Below are positions 21,104 through 33,548 of a stretch of DNA of 64,000 bases, piece after piece. Below the pieces are notes generated by a model that saw only the letters and a program-made list of their open reading frames with translations, had not been told where the DNA came from and did no database searches. This stretch comes from Eledone cirrhosa (taxonomy: Eukaryota), in NCBI GenBank assembly GCA_964016885.1, contig OZ024745.1, forward strand, positions 45,322,001 through 45,386,000, given 5' to 3'. Numbering within the stretch: position 1 is the stretch's first letter; every line of letters begins with the position of its first letter. The translations under genes and the position numbers were made by a program.

Positions 21104-21218
21104 AATTGTTTCTACTTTTGGCACAAGGCCAGCAATTATCCCAGTGCATTACTGGTACTTTATTTTATCGACCCCGTAGGGATGAAAGGTAAATTTAACC
21201 TCGGCGGGATTTGAACTC
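21104..21218 (-). mobile_element. tRNA-derived SINE, 5'-truncated
   Basis: Reverse complement of the B-box (GAGTTCAAATCCC) to 3' end (GTAGAAACAATT) part of the family seen full length at 29981, 33159, 49300 and 60748. Confidence 0.9.
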
Positions 21219-21367
21219 ATTATATATATATATACACATATATATATATATATAATGATTTAAGCACGGACCATTTATTTGCGTAATAATTGTCAAATGT
21301 ATGAATCATAACATATTAGCTCTTTTTCATTATATTGAAGGCGCCTTTTCTATTTTTTTCCCACGGA

Positions 21368-21438
<71 letters not shown>

Positions 21439-21585
21439 GTTATATATATATATGTAGAAGTTCTATTTAAATTGTTTGGATACAACAAGCAAATATTTTT
21501 ATAACTGATATAAAGCACTCAACAAATTATTGGAGTAAAAATACGATATATTAACAAATGGAAACTATATTTATAAAACCATATT

Positions 21586-21650
21586 TATTTCATTATACAT
21601 ATTTCAAGGACACCAAGTTAAATTATGGTGTGCTTTCATCAGATAAAATA
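21586..21650 (-). ncRNA. Type I hammerhead ribozyme motif in a Penelope-like pLTR fragment (family D, element ~21553-21690)
   Basis: Minus: tattttat-CTGATGA-aagcacacca..tggtgtcctt-GAAA-tatgta-TA-atgaaata; homologous to 28725-28785 and 39992-40051. Confidence 0.7.
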
Positions 21651-21819
21651 TAATATAGATCAGTTTTATAAATAAATATTGACATACCCTTAAAGAATGC
21701 GACCATTTCTGTTGGAAGCTCCCGGATAGTGGGGTTATTAAATTTATTTAGTCTATTATGCAAATTAGTGTCGGATATGTTTAAATCACAGTAGATTTAA
21801 AATAAGCCGTTGGGGTATG

Positions 21820-21997
21820 GAAAAAGGGAAAGAAAAGAAAAAGAAAAAAGAGAAAAAAGAGAAAAAAGAGAAAAAAGAGAAAAAAGAGCAAACTCTAAGA
21901 GGAAAATAAGAAAACAAGAAAAAGAGAAAGAGAAAGAGAAAGAGAAAGAGAAGAAAAAAGAAAAGAGAAAAGGAGAAAGAGAATGAGAAAGAGAAAG
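21820..21997. repeat. Polypurine (GAAAAAAGA/GAGAAA)n low-complexity tract
   Basis: Direct reading. Confidence 0.9.
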
Positions 21998-22927
21998 CCC
22001 TAAGTTGTTGTATTAGCGTAACTTTTAAGATGAAGTGAAAAAAAAAAATTTATTGGATGAGTTAGGAAGAGTAAATAAGCGTGAATAGAAAATAAATAAA
22101 TAATAATAACTGGAGAATTTTAACCAGTGTTTAAATATGATTAAATGTTTAGTTTATCAATTAAATTATCAATTAAATTATTTAGATCTATACATTAAAA
22201 TTGAGATCTATATATTATTAAAATCTATATATTATTAAAACTATATATTATTAAAAAATCTATATATTATTAAAAGAATATATTCATATATATAGATACG
22301 CACACATATATATATACATATACACATATATATACATACACATACATATATATACATACAATAAAGGACTTTTTATGTTTAAGATATAGGAATTTTTCTA
22401 AACTTATAGATTTTTCGGAGAAATCGGACAAAAAATCGGAGAAAAATCATTTATATGTAATAGCAAAACAGCGTAAAGGAAATTAAGTTATTTACTTATA
22501 TTAAATGTTATAAATGTTAAGATAATAAAGGAAATTTAAGATTATACAAACCTTATATTATTTAATAGTAATATATCGTATATATATATATTGTTATACT
22601 TGGGGAGGGTCATATTGTAATAATATTGCCAGAAATAATAACAGAAAACACTCAGTGATGTTACCCGACATCCTAAAGCCAAGTAGACGCACAGCCAACA
22701 ACTTCCAACCATCTATCAACGACATACCACCCTTCTATGGGCTCCGCAAAGATAAAAAGCTTTGATAATTTGCCTGGTATAAACAATATTTAAAACTGAA
22801 TTTCACAATAACATTGTAGATAGTGATTTTAAGACGCAATCAATTACATGCTAGACAATGAAACATGTGTAAATGCTTAGAATAAAACCCTACAGTATCG
22901 CTTATCCGTGTTTATCTCCATTCATAC

Positions 22928-22977
<50 letters not shown>

Positions 22978-23599
22978 TGCGTATTTATATAAAAGAGTTT
23001 GTGGAATTGTGAGCACACAGACGTATCAATAAAGAGAACTGTGAGATTTGACAGTTATACGTTCATATTTACTTCCAGCGAAGTCAAAGATATTTTGTTT
23101 GTTTGTTTGAATGCGGAGAAAACAATGTCTATATTGACAAACACACTCCAAGAATGTAATATCACAGCAAACTTATCTTGAGAAAATCAAGTTCTCCTAC
23201 AATCAATGAAACGACTGTCAACACTGTTCCAAACATATATATGTGAGGACGTGCCCCCATGTTGCAAATATAGTTGTATATGTCTGTATGTTTGTCTGTC
23301 TGTCTGTCTGTATGTATATATGTATGTATGCATGTACGTATGCATGTATGTATGGTCGTCTACTTCTTTTTATTTTATAAATTTTCCCCCATAGAGAGAG
23401 AGAGAGCCAGTTTCTAACATAGAGACAAGATTCTTTCATTGGATATTTAGACATTAATTAGGTAAATACATACTTATGTGTTTGTGTGCTTACGTGTGTG
23501 CAGGTATGGTTGTTATTGCATGTGTGGAACTGTATATTTTGAATTATATGTGTACACAGCATATGTTTCTGTATCTATACATGTGCATATGATTTTGTT

Positions 23600-23830
23600 A
23601 CAAGCTGAATTTTTGAAATGTTTAACATAATTCTACAGTTCCATTAATGGATTGTACATGCAATTTCTTGACCAGCCTTTCTCTTTCTGGTTCTGTGAAG
23701 TCCAGTTTCTCAAGATGTGTACCGAGGCAGTTTGTAAATATCCAAGAGCCCCAATCATCACAGGTAGAAATCTAAAACTATAGTCAGGGTGGAGTATGTG
23801 GAGATTCCTCATTAGTTCAGCATAACTGTA
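23600..23830 (-). mobile_element. 3' remnant of a non-LTR retrotransposon with restriction-like endonuclease (R4/Dong-like)
   Basis: Minus translation YAELMRNLHILHPDYSFRFLPVMIGALG, then after a frameshift THLEKLDFTEPERERLVKKLHVQSINGTV; resembles the KY..L...P.vIGALG end of RLE domains (recognised from memory). Confidence 0.65.
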
Positions 23831-23995
23831 TCTATGTATGTGTATATGAAAGTATTTATGGATGTATGTATTTATGAATATACATATGCATACATACACA
23901 TTAATATATAAGTATATATATATGCATATCTATATACAAAAATATTTATATACATGCATACACACATATTTATACATACATACATACATATATAT

Positions 23996-24157
23996 ATAGG
24001 AAAAGCTTTGACCCCGACGGCAGAGCTCAAGCCGTTTCGATGGCTATTTCAGCTCTGGCCGTCGGGGTCATACCTTTTCCTATTACCCACTCTACTACCC
24101 TAAGTATTGAGTACTCTGGTGCGTTATGGTCCATCTGGTTCCTTACCACAATTACTT

Positions 24158-24160
<3 letters not shown>
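23996..24160 (+). mobile_element. Hairpin-headed element (family C) with internally deleted right arm, flanked by (TA)n
   Basis: GACCCCGACGGC..GCCGTCGGGGTC inverted repeat plus tail TACCCACTCTACTACCCTAAGTATTGAGTAC..GGTTCCTTACCACA shared with 29053-29246. Confidence 0.85.
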
Positions 24161-24227
<67 letters not shown>

Positions 24228-24240
24228 TTAATATAGATGA

Positions 24241-24289
24241 GATTCTACAGGACTAGAACTGTTTCATTCATTAGAAATCATCAGGAATC
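24241..24289 (-). ncRNA. Type I hammerhead ribozyme motif with closed stem III
   Basis: Minus: gattc-CTGATGA-tttctaatgaat-GAAA-cag ttctagtc ctg-TA-gaatc; stem I 5 bp, GUA cleavage triplet, U.U mismatch at the base of stem II. Confidence 0.75.
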
Positions 24290-24479
24290 ATATATATATA
24301 TATGTGTGTGTGTGTGTTTCTCCACAGACTTGACATGGTATCTATGGAAACTATTTTCTTCATTTACTTTTATTATGAACATACATACTTTCTTATCCAC
24401 CAGACTGGTGTAGACCTTTCTCTGTCATTATGTTACTCTTTTCTCTCTCTATTTCAGTCTCTCTCATCCTGTCTTTTAA

Positions 24480-24517
<38 letters not shown>

Positions 24518-24582
24518 GTATGTTCATAATAAAAGTAGATAACAAACAGTATCTCTCTCCCTCTCTGTACACACAAACACAT

Positions 24583-24635
<53 letters not shown>

Positions 24636-24636
24636 A

Positions 24637-24815
24637 CGAAGAAAATGTGGTAAGGAACCAGGTGGACCATAACGCACCAAAGTACTCAATACTTAGGGTA
24701 ATAGGAACAAGTAAGACCCCGACGGCTGAGCTCAAGTCGTTTCGACGGCAAATTCTGTCCAGAATTAGCCGTCGAAACGGTTTGAGCTCAGCCGTCGGGG
24801 TCTTACTTGTTCCTA

Positions 24816-24816
<1 letters not shown>
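24637..24816 (-). mobile_element. Hairpin-headed element (family C), reverse orientation
   Basis: Tail 24637-24700, then 57-bp arms 24701-24757 / 24760-24816 with 3 mismatches; (TA)n on both sides. Confidence 0.9.
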
Positions 24817-24850
<34 letters not shown>

Positions 24851-24931
24851 GTGTGTATAATGGTATCTATGGTGCTTCCATAGGCGGTATGCCAAAATTA
24901 GCACTCAATATTCATACAGAGCAGAGTGTGA

Positions 24932-25253
24932 ATAGTATAAAAAACAAAAAAAATCAGTGATGCATCTGGACTCAGTTTATTGCGTGTTACAATTGTTTCG
25001 CCGGCAGGTAGCTCGAGACATGATCACTGTATGGATCTGGCTGATTCTACGGCTGTAGGTTCCTTCAGCCACAGGCAATTCGTTCAGAGCGAAAATTTGC
25101 TCCGAATGAATTGCCTGTGTCTGAAGGAACCTACAGCCGTAGAATCAGCCAGATCCATACAGTGATCATGTCTCGAGCTACCTGCCGGCGAAACAATGGT
25201 AACACGCAATAAACTGAGTCCAGATGCATCACTGATTTTTCGTTTTTTTATAC

Positions 25254-25256
<3 letters not shown>
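24932..25256. repeat. ~325-bp near-perfect palindrome (arms ~160 bp) with hammerhead-like 3' motif; Penelope-like fold-back
   Basis: Arms are reverse complements with about 6-8 differences, centre ~25094; each arm has CTGAAGG...GGC-GAAA-CAATTG(or CAATGG)-TA-ACACGC-AATAAA. Confidence 0.9.
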
Positions 25257-25284
<28 letters not shown>

Positions 25285-25387
25285 TCAGGTTTGAGGTTCA
25301 CCACTGGATAGAGCTGGTCAATTCCGTATGATCATAGTATAATAAACCTTTCAAGGATTTAGACAAACCCAGCCTCCTGTCATTTCA

Positions 25388-25972
<585 letters not shown>

Positions 25973-26126
25973 GGAGGTGAGTTTTATTGTAGTACAATAA
26001 AGCAATGCAGATATCGGATAAGAACCACTCTACAGTTTGTAGGACATATATGTTGATTTAAACATATATGTTGATTTAAAACTGCACTATTCACAAGTGT
26101 ATTTTAACCTTCATATCATGTCTTCC

Positions 26127-26197
26127 TATTTTATCTGATGAAAACACAAATGTTATCGCATGATGATATTTGTTTTTGAAATGCGCATAATAAAATA
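26127..26197 (+). ncRNA. Minimal type I hammerhead ribozyme, intact core
   Basis: tattttat-CTGATGA(26135-41)-~16-bp stem II-GAAA(26178-81)-TGCGCA-TA-ataaaata; perfect 8-bp stem I; predicted cleavage after 26189. Confidence 0.85.
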
Positions 26198-26213
26198 CAT
26201 GGAACTCTTTTAA

Positions 26214-26263
<50 letters not shown>

Positions 26264-26364
26264 TATATATGTGTGACAATGAACGCATACGCATAAACTC
26301 AATGTCAGGCGATGGTTAACTTATTCTATCGATAATTTCACAGTTATTTTTTCTTATATATTTT

Positions 26365-26720
26365 TTCCAGTGGTCGCAACATAGTCGAATACTTAAAGAG
26401 ATCGCTATGCAATCAATAGGACGTTAGGTTGTAGCCCTTTGCGTGGAATGTTTGGCAAATATTAGTCACTATATATTCAGTTCGACCTGTATATCGTGGG
26501 TGGCGGAAATTGAAAGGAATCATATCGAATGGAATGAACGTGCAATTCAAGGGGCCAGCATTGTCACAAACTGTCATAGTTGAATCTCTCTGAATGTTAC
26601 GCTAAGGTTACACAAGTAGTGTAACTGTAGTACTATGCCATTTACAAATTAATTTCACGAGAAGGTGGTTTTATTAATCGTTCATCTAGAACACTCATCG
26701 TTGAAACCGATGAAGGTCCA
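26365..26720 (+). mobile_element. Old degenerate SINE (second family, CORE-like head)
   Basis: Tail ATTCAAGGGGCCAGCATTGTCAC..TACGCTAAGGTTACAC..TTAATTTCACGAG is related to copies at ~53640-53925(-), ~53950-54090(+) and ~55135-55360(-). Confidence 0.55.
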
Positions 26721-26960
26721 TTACCTTGCTTTTCTGCACTTCTACAAATACACATACCACACCATATACATCATAGTGAGATATTTAAATCTTACCTCTC
26801 CCATTGATGCACTCACACATGTATGTTTGAGCAAAACCCTTTTAACATTGATTTCCTATCGATTTTTATTTGAAAAACGTTTTGGTACATACTTATCAAT
26901 ATGTGGTATTTCCGTGATAGAAAAGACAAAAAAAGTTGCACGGGAAAATAACTCCTTGTT

Positions 26961-27040
<80 letters not shown>

Positions 27041-27136
27041 CGTGTGTGTGTGTGCAAATATATAAATATTTGTATACAAATATATAAATATATGTATAAA
27101 TGTATATGTATATATATATATGCATAAGTATATGTA

Positions 27137-27195
<59 letters not shown>

Positions 27196-27243
27196 ATATA
27201 TTTATATGATAATAATGGAGCTGCGGCGCTGCAAATGGGTTAC

Positions 27244-27361
27244 ATATGAAGAAGTTTGTCCTCATCAGTGGCCTTCCAACCGTCGTAGGCATTTGGCCTT
27301 TAATGCGACGAAATGCCTACGACGGTTGGAAGGCCACTGATGAGGATAAACTTTTTCATAT
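27244..27361. repeat. Palindrome with 51-bp arms and 16-nt spacer carrying CTGATGA, abutting (TA)n
   Basis: 27244-27294 vs 27311-27361, 2 mismatches; single-arm relative at ~28985-29027. Confidence 0.9.
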
Positions 27362-27374
27362 ATATTTATATATA

Positions 27375-27425
<51 letters not shown>

Positions 27426-27450
27426 TTATATATATACATATATATATAAA

Positions 27451-27539
27451 ACGAAGGAGGTGTGGTAAGGAACCAAATGGTCCAGAAATAGCCGTCGAAA
27501 CGGCTTGAGCTCTGCCGTCGGTGTTAAGCATTTTCCTAT
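27451..27539 (-). mobile_element. Family C element with one hairpin arm deleted
   Basis: Tail end CGAAGGAGGTGTGGTAAGGAACCAAATGG joined directly to TCCAGAAATAGCCGTCGAAACGGCTTGAGCTCTGCCGTC. Confidence 0.8.
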
Positions 27540-27815
27540 ATATATATATATATGGAAAAAAAAAGGAACGAAATTTCATTTCTTACTCTTAGTACGGCTG
27601 TTACTTAAATATAAGTATGTATACGTACATACATATATGTATACAGACGTACAGTAATATGTATATATATACATACATGCACACACATATATGTACGTAT
27701 GTATTTACCGAACATTTATTATAATGCTCGGTTTGTTTGTAAACAAACATCCCGAATTAAGCTGTACAGTGTTTAGAAACCATCGTTGCCCTTTTGTTCA
27801 ACACTGACAAAGGAA

Positions 27816-27856
27816 CGATGTACTAGTTTCAAGCTTATTAGCTATCGTCAGCACTG
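27816..27856 (-). ncRNA. Minimal type I hammerhead ribozyme motif
   Basis: Minus: cagtg-CTGACGA-t agct aata agct t-GAAA-CTAG-TA-catcg; palindromic stem III; stem I compatible with CpG decay of cggtg/caccg. Confidence 0.7.
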
Positions 27857-27961
27857 TATACCTTCCTGCCAGATGATTGAACCTCTGAAAGTATATACTT
27901 TCCTTATGCATATTAACGGCTGAGCAGCCTAATTTGCATATCGAGTGAGTCATACTTTTTC

Positions 27962-27972
27962 ATATATATCTA

Positions 27973-28052
<80 letters not shown>

Positions 28053-28065
28053 TATATATATATAT

Positions 28066-28104
<39 letters not shown>

Positions 28105-28117
28105 TATATATATATAT

Positions 28118-28174
<57 letters not shown>

Positions 28175-28221
28175 CATACATTATATATATATATATATAC
28201 ATACATTATATATATATATAT

Positions 28222-28320
<99 letters not shown>

Positions 28321-28331
28321 CATATATATAC

Positions 28332-28426
<95 letters not shown>

Positions 28427-28431
28427 CATAC

Positions 28432-28462
<31 letters not shown>

Positions 28463-28512
28463 CATTTATATATATATACATATATATATTTTCTATATAT
28501 ATATACATATAT
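27962..28512. repeat. (TATC)n plus interrupted (TA)n tract
   Basis: Direct reading. Confidence 0.95.
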
Positions 28513-28608
28513 GGGAAAACGTATGACCCCGACGGCAGAGCTCATACCGTTTCGACGGCTATTTCTGAACTGTCCAGAAATAACCGTCGAAACGGCTTGA
28601 GCTCTGCC
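28511..28608. mobile_element. Family C hairpin, right arm truncated
   Basis: GACCCCGACGGCAGAGCTC..TTTCGACGGCTATTTCTG / CAGAAATAACCGTCGAAACGGCTTGAGCTCTGCC. Confidence 0.8.
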
Positions 28609-28648
28609 AGTATGCATGCATATATATGTTAATACATGTATCTACCTG

Positions 28649-28683
<35 letters not shown>

Positions 28684-28724
28684 ATGATATTAATAAATGG
28701 AAACTATATTTATAAAACCATATT

Positions 28725-28785
28725 TATTGTATTATATATATTTCAAGGGTACCAAATCTTTGGTACGCACTCATCAGATAAAATA
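28725..28785 (-). ncRNA. Type I hammerhead ribozyme motif (family D, element ~28690-28853)
   Basis: Minus: tattttat-CTGATGA-gtgc gtaccaaa ga tttggtac cctt-GAAA-TATATA-TA-atacaata. Confidence 0.7.
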
Positions 28786-28850
28786 CAAAGTTTGTTTTAT
28801 AAACAGTGACATACCCAGGAATCAGACCTTAACGGTTCAAGTTCCCTTTA

Positions 28851-28884
<34 letters not shown>

Positions 28885-29023
28885 CATATATATATATATA
28901 TATTCGTGTCCCCTTTATTTACGTGTCCCAACGACTTTTTTTAGCCGTTGCTCGCACCAACCGGAGGTATATTGTCTTTAAAGCAATGATGGTTGGAAGA
29001 TCACTGATGAAGGACTAACTTTA

Positions 29024-29052
<29 letters not shown>

Positions 29053-29057
<5 letters not shown>

Positions 29058-29246
29058 AACGAGTAGGACCCCGACGGCTGAGCTCAAGCCGTTTCGACGG
29101 CTAATTCTGGACTCAGAATTAGCCGTCGAAACGGCTTGAGCTCAGCCGTCGGGGTCCTACTCGTTCCTATTACCCACTCTACTACCCTAAGTATTGAGTA
29201 CTTTGGTGCGTTATGGTCCACCTGGTTCCTTACCACATTTCCTTCG
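29053..29246 (+). mobile_element. Hairpin-headed element (family C), best copy: perfect 57-bp inverted repeat plus 76-bp tail between (TA)n tracts
   Basis: 29053-29109 is the exact reverse complement of 29114-29170 (loop GACT); the arm contains GAAACGGC-ttgagctca-GCCGTC-ggggtc, i.e. hammerhead GAAA, stem III and GUC. Confidence 0.92.
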
Positions 29247-29980
29247 ATATATATATATATATAATAAGCGTGGCTGTTGGAATAAGTTGGGGAGTTCGAA
29301 TAAGCAGTGAGGTGTGGGTCGGTAATTTTCCTAAGTTGTTTCCGTTGAGTATTTTAAAAAACGAAAATTATTCGTTTAGTTTACATATTGAGACCTCAAC
29401 CCATTCTATTTATTTTATAACGTAAGAGATTTCTAGAAAAGTTTTTTTTTTGTCATGTATAATGTTTTTAATGTCTAAAGAAAATTAAATGCGGCAGGAA
29501 TGCTACCACTTAAAATAATATTTCGCCGGAGATAGATTAGCACAATTTAATAATTGCTGGAATAAGAGTAACGGGGTTGAACAAATCTGAAAAATTAATA
29601 AGAGGTGGGGAGGGACGATTATTCGAGATCCGAGAGTATATATAAACATATATAATATGTATACACATATATATATATCCATGTATATATATTCACACGC
29701 ACGCACACACACACATACACACACACACACACATATATATGTGATGTGATTTTGACGGACGGGAGAATTGGTTCTCAATACCGAAATAGAATTTAAATAT
29801 TCATTATTATAGCTAAGTAATGAGTATTTGTTACTCAGGAGAGTAGCAAACACACATCATACCAGACTTATCTGCAGCAATAAGATTTCTTTGAAGTTCT
29901 AAACCTGTTTTGACTCTGGCTAAAACAATTGCTATGCTATCGAGAGCAAAAGCCAGCCATTACTTTTAGTGATCTTCCAA

Positions 29981-30167
29981 GGGCGGTGGATTGGCAGTAT
30001 AGGTAGAGGGTCGGATGCCATGCTTTGACGCATAGAGTTACAGCCCTTGCCATTCTGAGTTCAAATCCCGCCGAGGTTAACTTTGCCTTTCATCCTTACT
30101 GGGTCGATAAAATAAAGTACCAGTAATACACTGGGTAATTGCTGGTCTTGTGCCTAACGTAGAAACA
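29981..30167 (+). mobile_element. Full-length tRNA-derived SINE with TSD
   Basis: A-box-like TGGCAGTATAGG, B-box GAGTTCAAATCC; direct repeat ATTACTTTTAGTGA at 29959 and 30168. Confidence 0.93.
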
Positions 30168-30189
30168 ATTACTTTTAGTGAGTCTCCTA

Positions 30190-31330
30190 GGTATTAGAGG
30201 GAGTTAATTTCCTCAGTACCCTTACTGTTGACTACTTCTCTTCACCTATCGCATATAAAGTCTTCCTTCTTTGCCAGCCTATCTATGATCCCATTATATC
30301 TCTTGTGTTAACCGTACACACGAGGTACACCATATGGGATTGCTACCTTCTCAGCAAATTTAACAATCTGATGGTAGCAGAGTCCTATCCTCTTTCCTAC
30401 CTACTAAAACTTTAATCTTTGCTAGGCTTACTCTGAAGTCCTTTGAATCTAGATTGTGTTTCCATGGAACGTCTACTCCAATTTTGCACTAGATCAATGA
30501 GCACTAGATCATCAGCATACATGAGTTTCCAGAGACACCCAGTCTTGAATTCTTTTGTAAAGGGGCTTATTCTTAGCTAAGCACTTCTTGAGTTATCTCA
30601 GTACGAAGATGGCATCAGTGGTGTTTCTCCCCAACATAAAGCCAAACTGCATCTCATTAAGTTTAATGTTATTCTTAATCAACCTTGCTGTCACTTTTTC
30701 TGTATCCTTCATAAGCCGATTTAACAATTTGATGCTTGTGCAATTGTTTCTTTCTAGTGTGTCTTGTTTACCATTATAGTTGAAAAGGAGTCTAATATGG
30801 CTGGTTTACTATACGGATTACTAGTCCGTGTCCTCCTACGCCAGATAGTTTAACCAAATCAGCGACAATCCACATACCTTCATTGCTTGAATCACTTTAT
30901 CTACCACACTGCTCTCAACTTTGATAGCTGGTCCCTAAGTTGGGTTTATTTTTGACAGACTCTCATTTAACAGCCTTAGGTAGAAGCAATTCCATACATC
31001 CTTCTTTACTGCTTCAGTATAGGTACGTGAGCCACAGCCATTTTTACATACATTTTTACCGTCACGTCCTGGTTTTCTCTTGTACACTGACTTACGATAC
31101 GAATAACTTCGTGTCTCTGATCCTTGTGTTGCAGAACATTGGCAAACTTCTTACTTTCTGCCTGCCTTCTTGCTTAATAAACCTGGCACCTATCTTTCTT
31201 CAAGCTACGTGGTATTTTTCCTTGCTATTCCTCGCTTTGCAGTCTTTCCAAATCTGTCTCTTGGCTTTCAGGGCCCCATCTACAGTACTGTCCCACCACC
31301 ATGTCACCTTCATTCTGGCTGGTACCTTTT
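30190..31330 (-). mobile_element. Degenerate RTE-clade LINE, RT region
   Basis: Minus: TWWWDSTVDGALKAKRQIWK (~31300), EMQFGFMLGRNTTDAIFVLR (~30650), KEFKTGCLWKLMYADDLVL (YADD 30508-30519); many stops and deletions. Confidence 0.85.
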
Positions 31331-32184
31331 TCAATCTATAGAACCCGCTCCAAATCTCACATGTTTAAAATGAATTAAAAATTTAGGCTTGTTATTCAAA
31401 TATAACATTTTCAATATAATTAGATATGCTATTTTTCTCTTCATAATATTTTTTTAAAAGTATGAGTGGTCACGAGACTGAGTGACGTATAAATACATAT
31501 ACATAAATACACACACATGTACATGCGCATATACATACATACACATACACGCACATACACACATATATATAGTATATATATATAGTATATATATATAGTA
31601 TATATATATAGTATATATATAGTATATATATATATATATACTATATAGATTTTCCAAGAGAGAGTAAAACGCATTTTGGTTTTAAAATCACCAACACCAA
31701 ACACAGCCAACATCAAAACCACCACCAACACCATCAACACGACCAGTAGCAACATCACCACCACCACCACAAATACCATCAACACTACCAACGCAATTTA
31801 CACCTGGTAGTGGTGGAGTTAATAGTAATCATGGTGTTAGTGTTAGTGATGATATTGGTGGTGTTGGTGTTACTGATTTTTAAAGTAAAATCTGTTCTGG
31901 TATCTAATAGACAATTTTCACTTTTCATTGGAAATTTCTAATTTTAACTGAAAAGTGGTATATAAGATTCGTTTGTTATGTTAGAAATACCACTTTAACG
32001 CTGAAACCTTTAGTTAATCCTTTCAAAGTTTTAAGTAAATGAAATACAATGTGTTTTATTATAAATAAGGACATGAAAGGATTAAGCTGAATATTTCAAA
32101 TCTGTTGTTATCTTTACAGTGAACTTCCATATAGCAGCTTTACAATTATGTTTATATTTACCTATATGCTGAAACAACAGCAGT

Positions 32185-32360
<176 letters not shown>

Positions 32361-32449
32361 GAAAAGTGAAGGAGAGAGAGAGAGAGAGAGAGAGACAGGG
32401 AGCGAAGAAGAGAGAAAATATATATAGATATATATAGAGAGCGAGCGAA

Positions 32450-32499
<50 letters not shown>

Positions 32500-32639
32500 G
32501 GGGAGAGAGAGAGTGTGGGAGAGTGTGTGTGTGAAATAGCATAATACTAATGTTGATATAGAAAGTAAATAAGGATGACTACTTGCAGTTGTGTTGGAAT
32601 GGCGAGGATGTAAGTGATTTTGATTACATGCTGTTGCGT

Positions 32640-32810
32640 ATGATGGGGATGATGATGATGATGATGATGATGATGAAAATAAAGATGATGACGATGGTGA
32701 TGGTTTATGAGTATGATGATAATGATGACGATGAGGTTGATGATGTTGATGATGGTAATGTTGATGATCATGATGATAGAAATGATGCTTACAATGATGC
32801 TAATGGTGAC
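32640..32810. repeat. Degenerate (GAT)n tract
   Basis: Direct reading. Confidence 0.85.
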
Positions 32811-33158
32811 TGTTTACGGAAGGTAATAGGTAGGCGGCAAGTACATCAATAATACTTGGTATGTAGCCTGAAACTAATTGTAGTAGGTGTGTATAAGATC
32901 GTCCAAATGTTAAATAAATTCCCGCTGTGAAATTTTGTTCATTTGCCAAACAATTTAAAGATATTTAAACTCGCCAATGTACATTGAGTCGTTATTTCCT
33001 TTATTCATCTTCATCAAACTATACTCAGCCTTTTGTAAAGAAATGTAGTGAATATTTTCCAACAGAAATATGTTTTGAAGTGTTTATTAATTGTTATAAG
33101 GATGAAAGTTCTGTAAATAAATAACAATGAATTACCTTCATTATATATAAAACAGTAT

Positions 33159-33342
33159 GGCGGTAGATTGGCAGTATCGGTAGAGGGTCGGACGCCATGC
33201 TTTCCAGCATAGTTACGTCCCTTTACGATCTGAGTTCAAATCCCGCCGAGGTTGACTTTACCTTTCATCCTTACGGGGTCGATAAAATAAAGTACCAGTA
33301 ATGCACTGGGTAATTGCTGGCCTTGTGCCTAAAGTAGAAACA
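33159..33342 (+). mobile_element. Full-length tRNA-derived SINE (first of tandem pair)
   Basis: Family consensus; flanked by ATTATATATAAAACAGTAT at 33140 and 33343. Confidence 0.93.
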
Positions 33343-33361
33343 ATTATATATAAAACAGTAT

Positions 33362-33548
33362 GGCGGTGGATTGGCAGTATCGGTAGAGGGTCGGACGCCA
33401 TGCTTTGACGCATAGAGTTACGGCCCTTGCCATTCTGAGTTCAAATCCCGCCGAAGTTAACTTTGCCTTTCATCCTTACAGGGTCGATAACATAAAGTAC
33501 CAGTAATACACTGGGATAATTGCTGGCCTTTTGCCAAAAGTAGAAACA
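33362..33548 (+). mobile_element. Full-length tRNA-derived SINE (second of tandem pair)
   Basis: Family consensus; followed by a third repeat copy ATTATATATAGAACAGTAT at 33549. Confidence 0.93.

Noticed and set aside
22830-22890. GAAA-CATGTG-TA..AATAAA hammerhead-like 3' half
   Set aside because: No recognisable CUGAnGA core or stem II upstream
29262-29638. DNA transposon fragment ending ATTATTCGAGATCCGAGAG|TA
   Set aside because: Only one plausible terminus; no matching left TIR found
29981-30075. tRNA gene (A/B boxes)
   Set aside because: Head of a multicopy SINE with TSDs; no cloverleaf could be built
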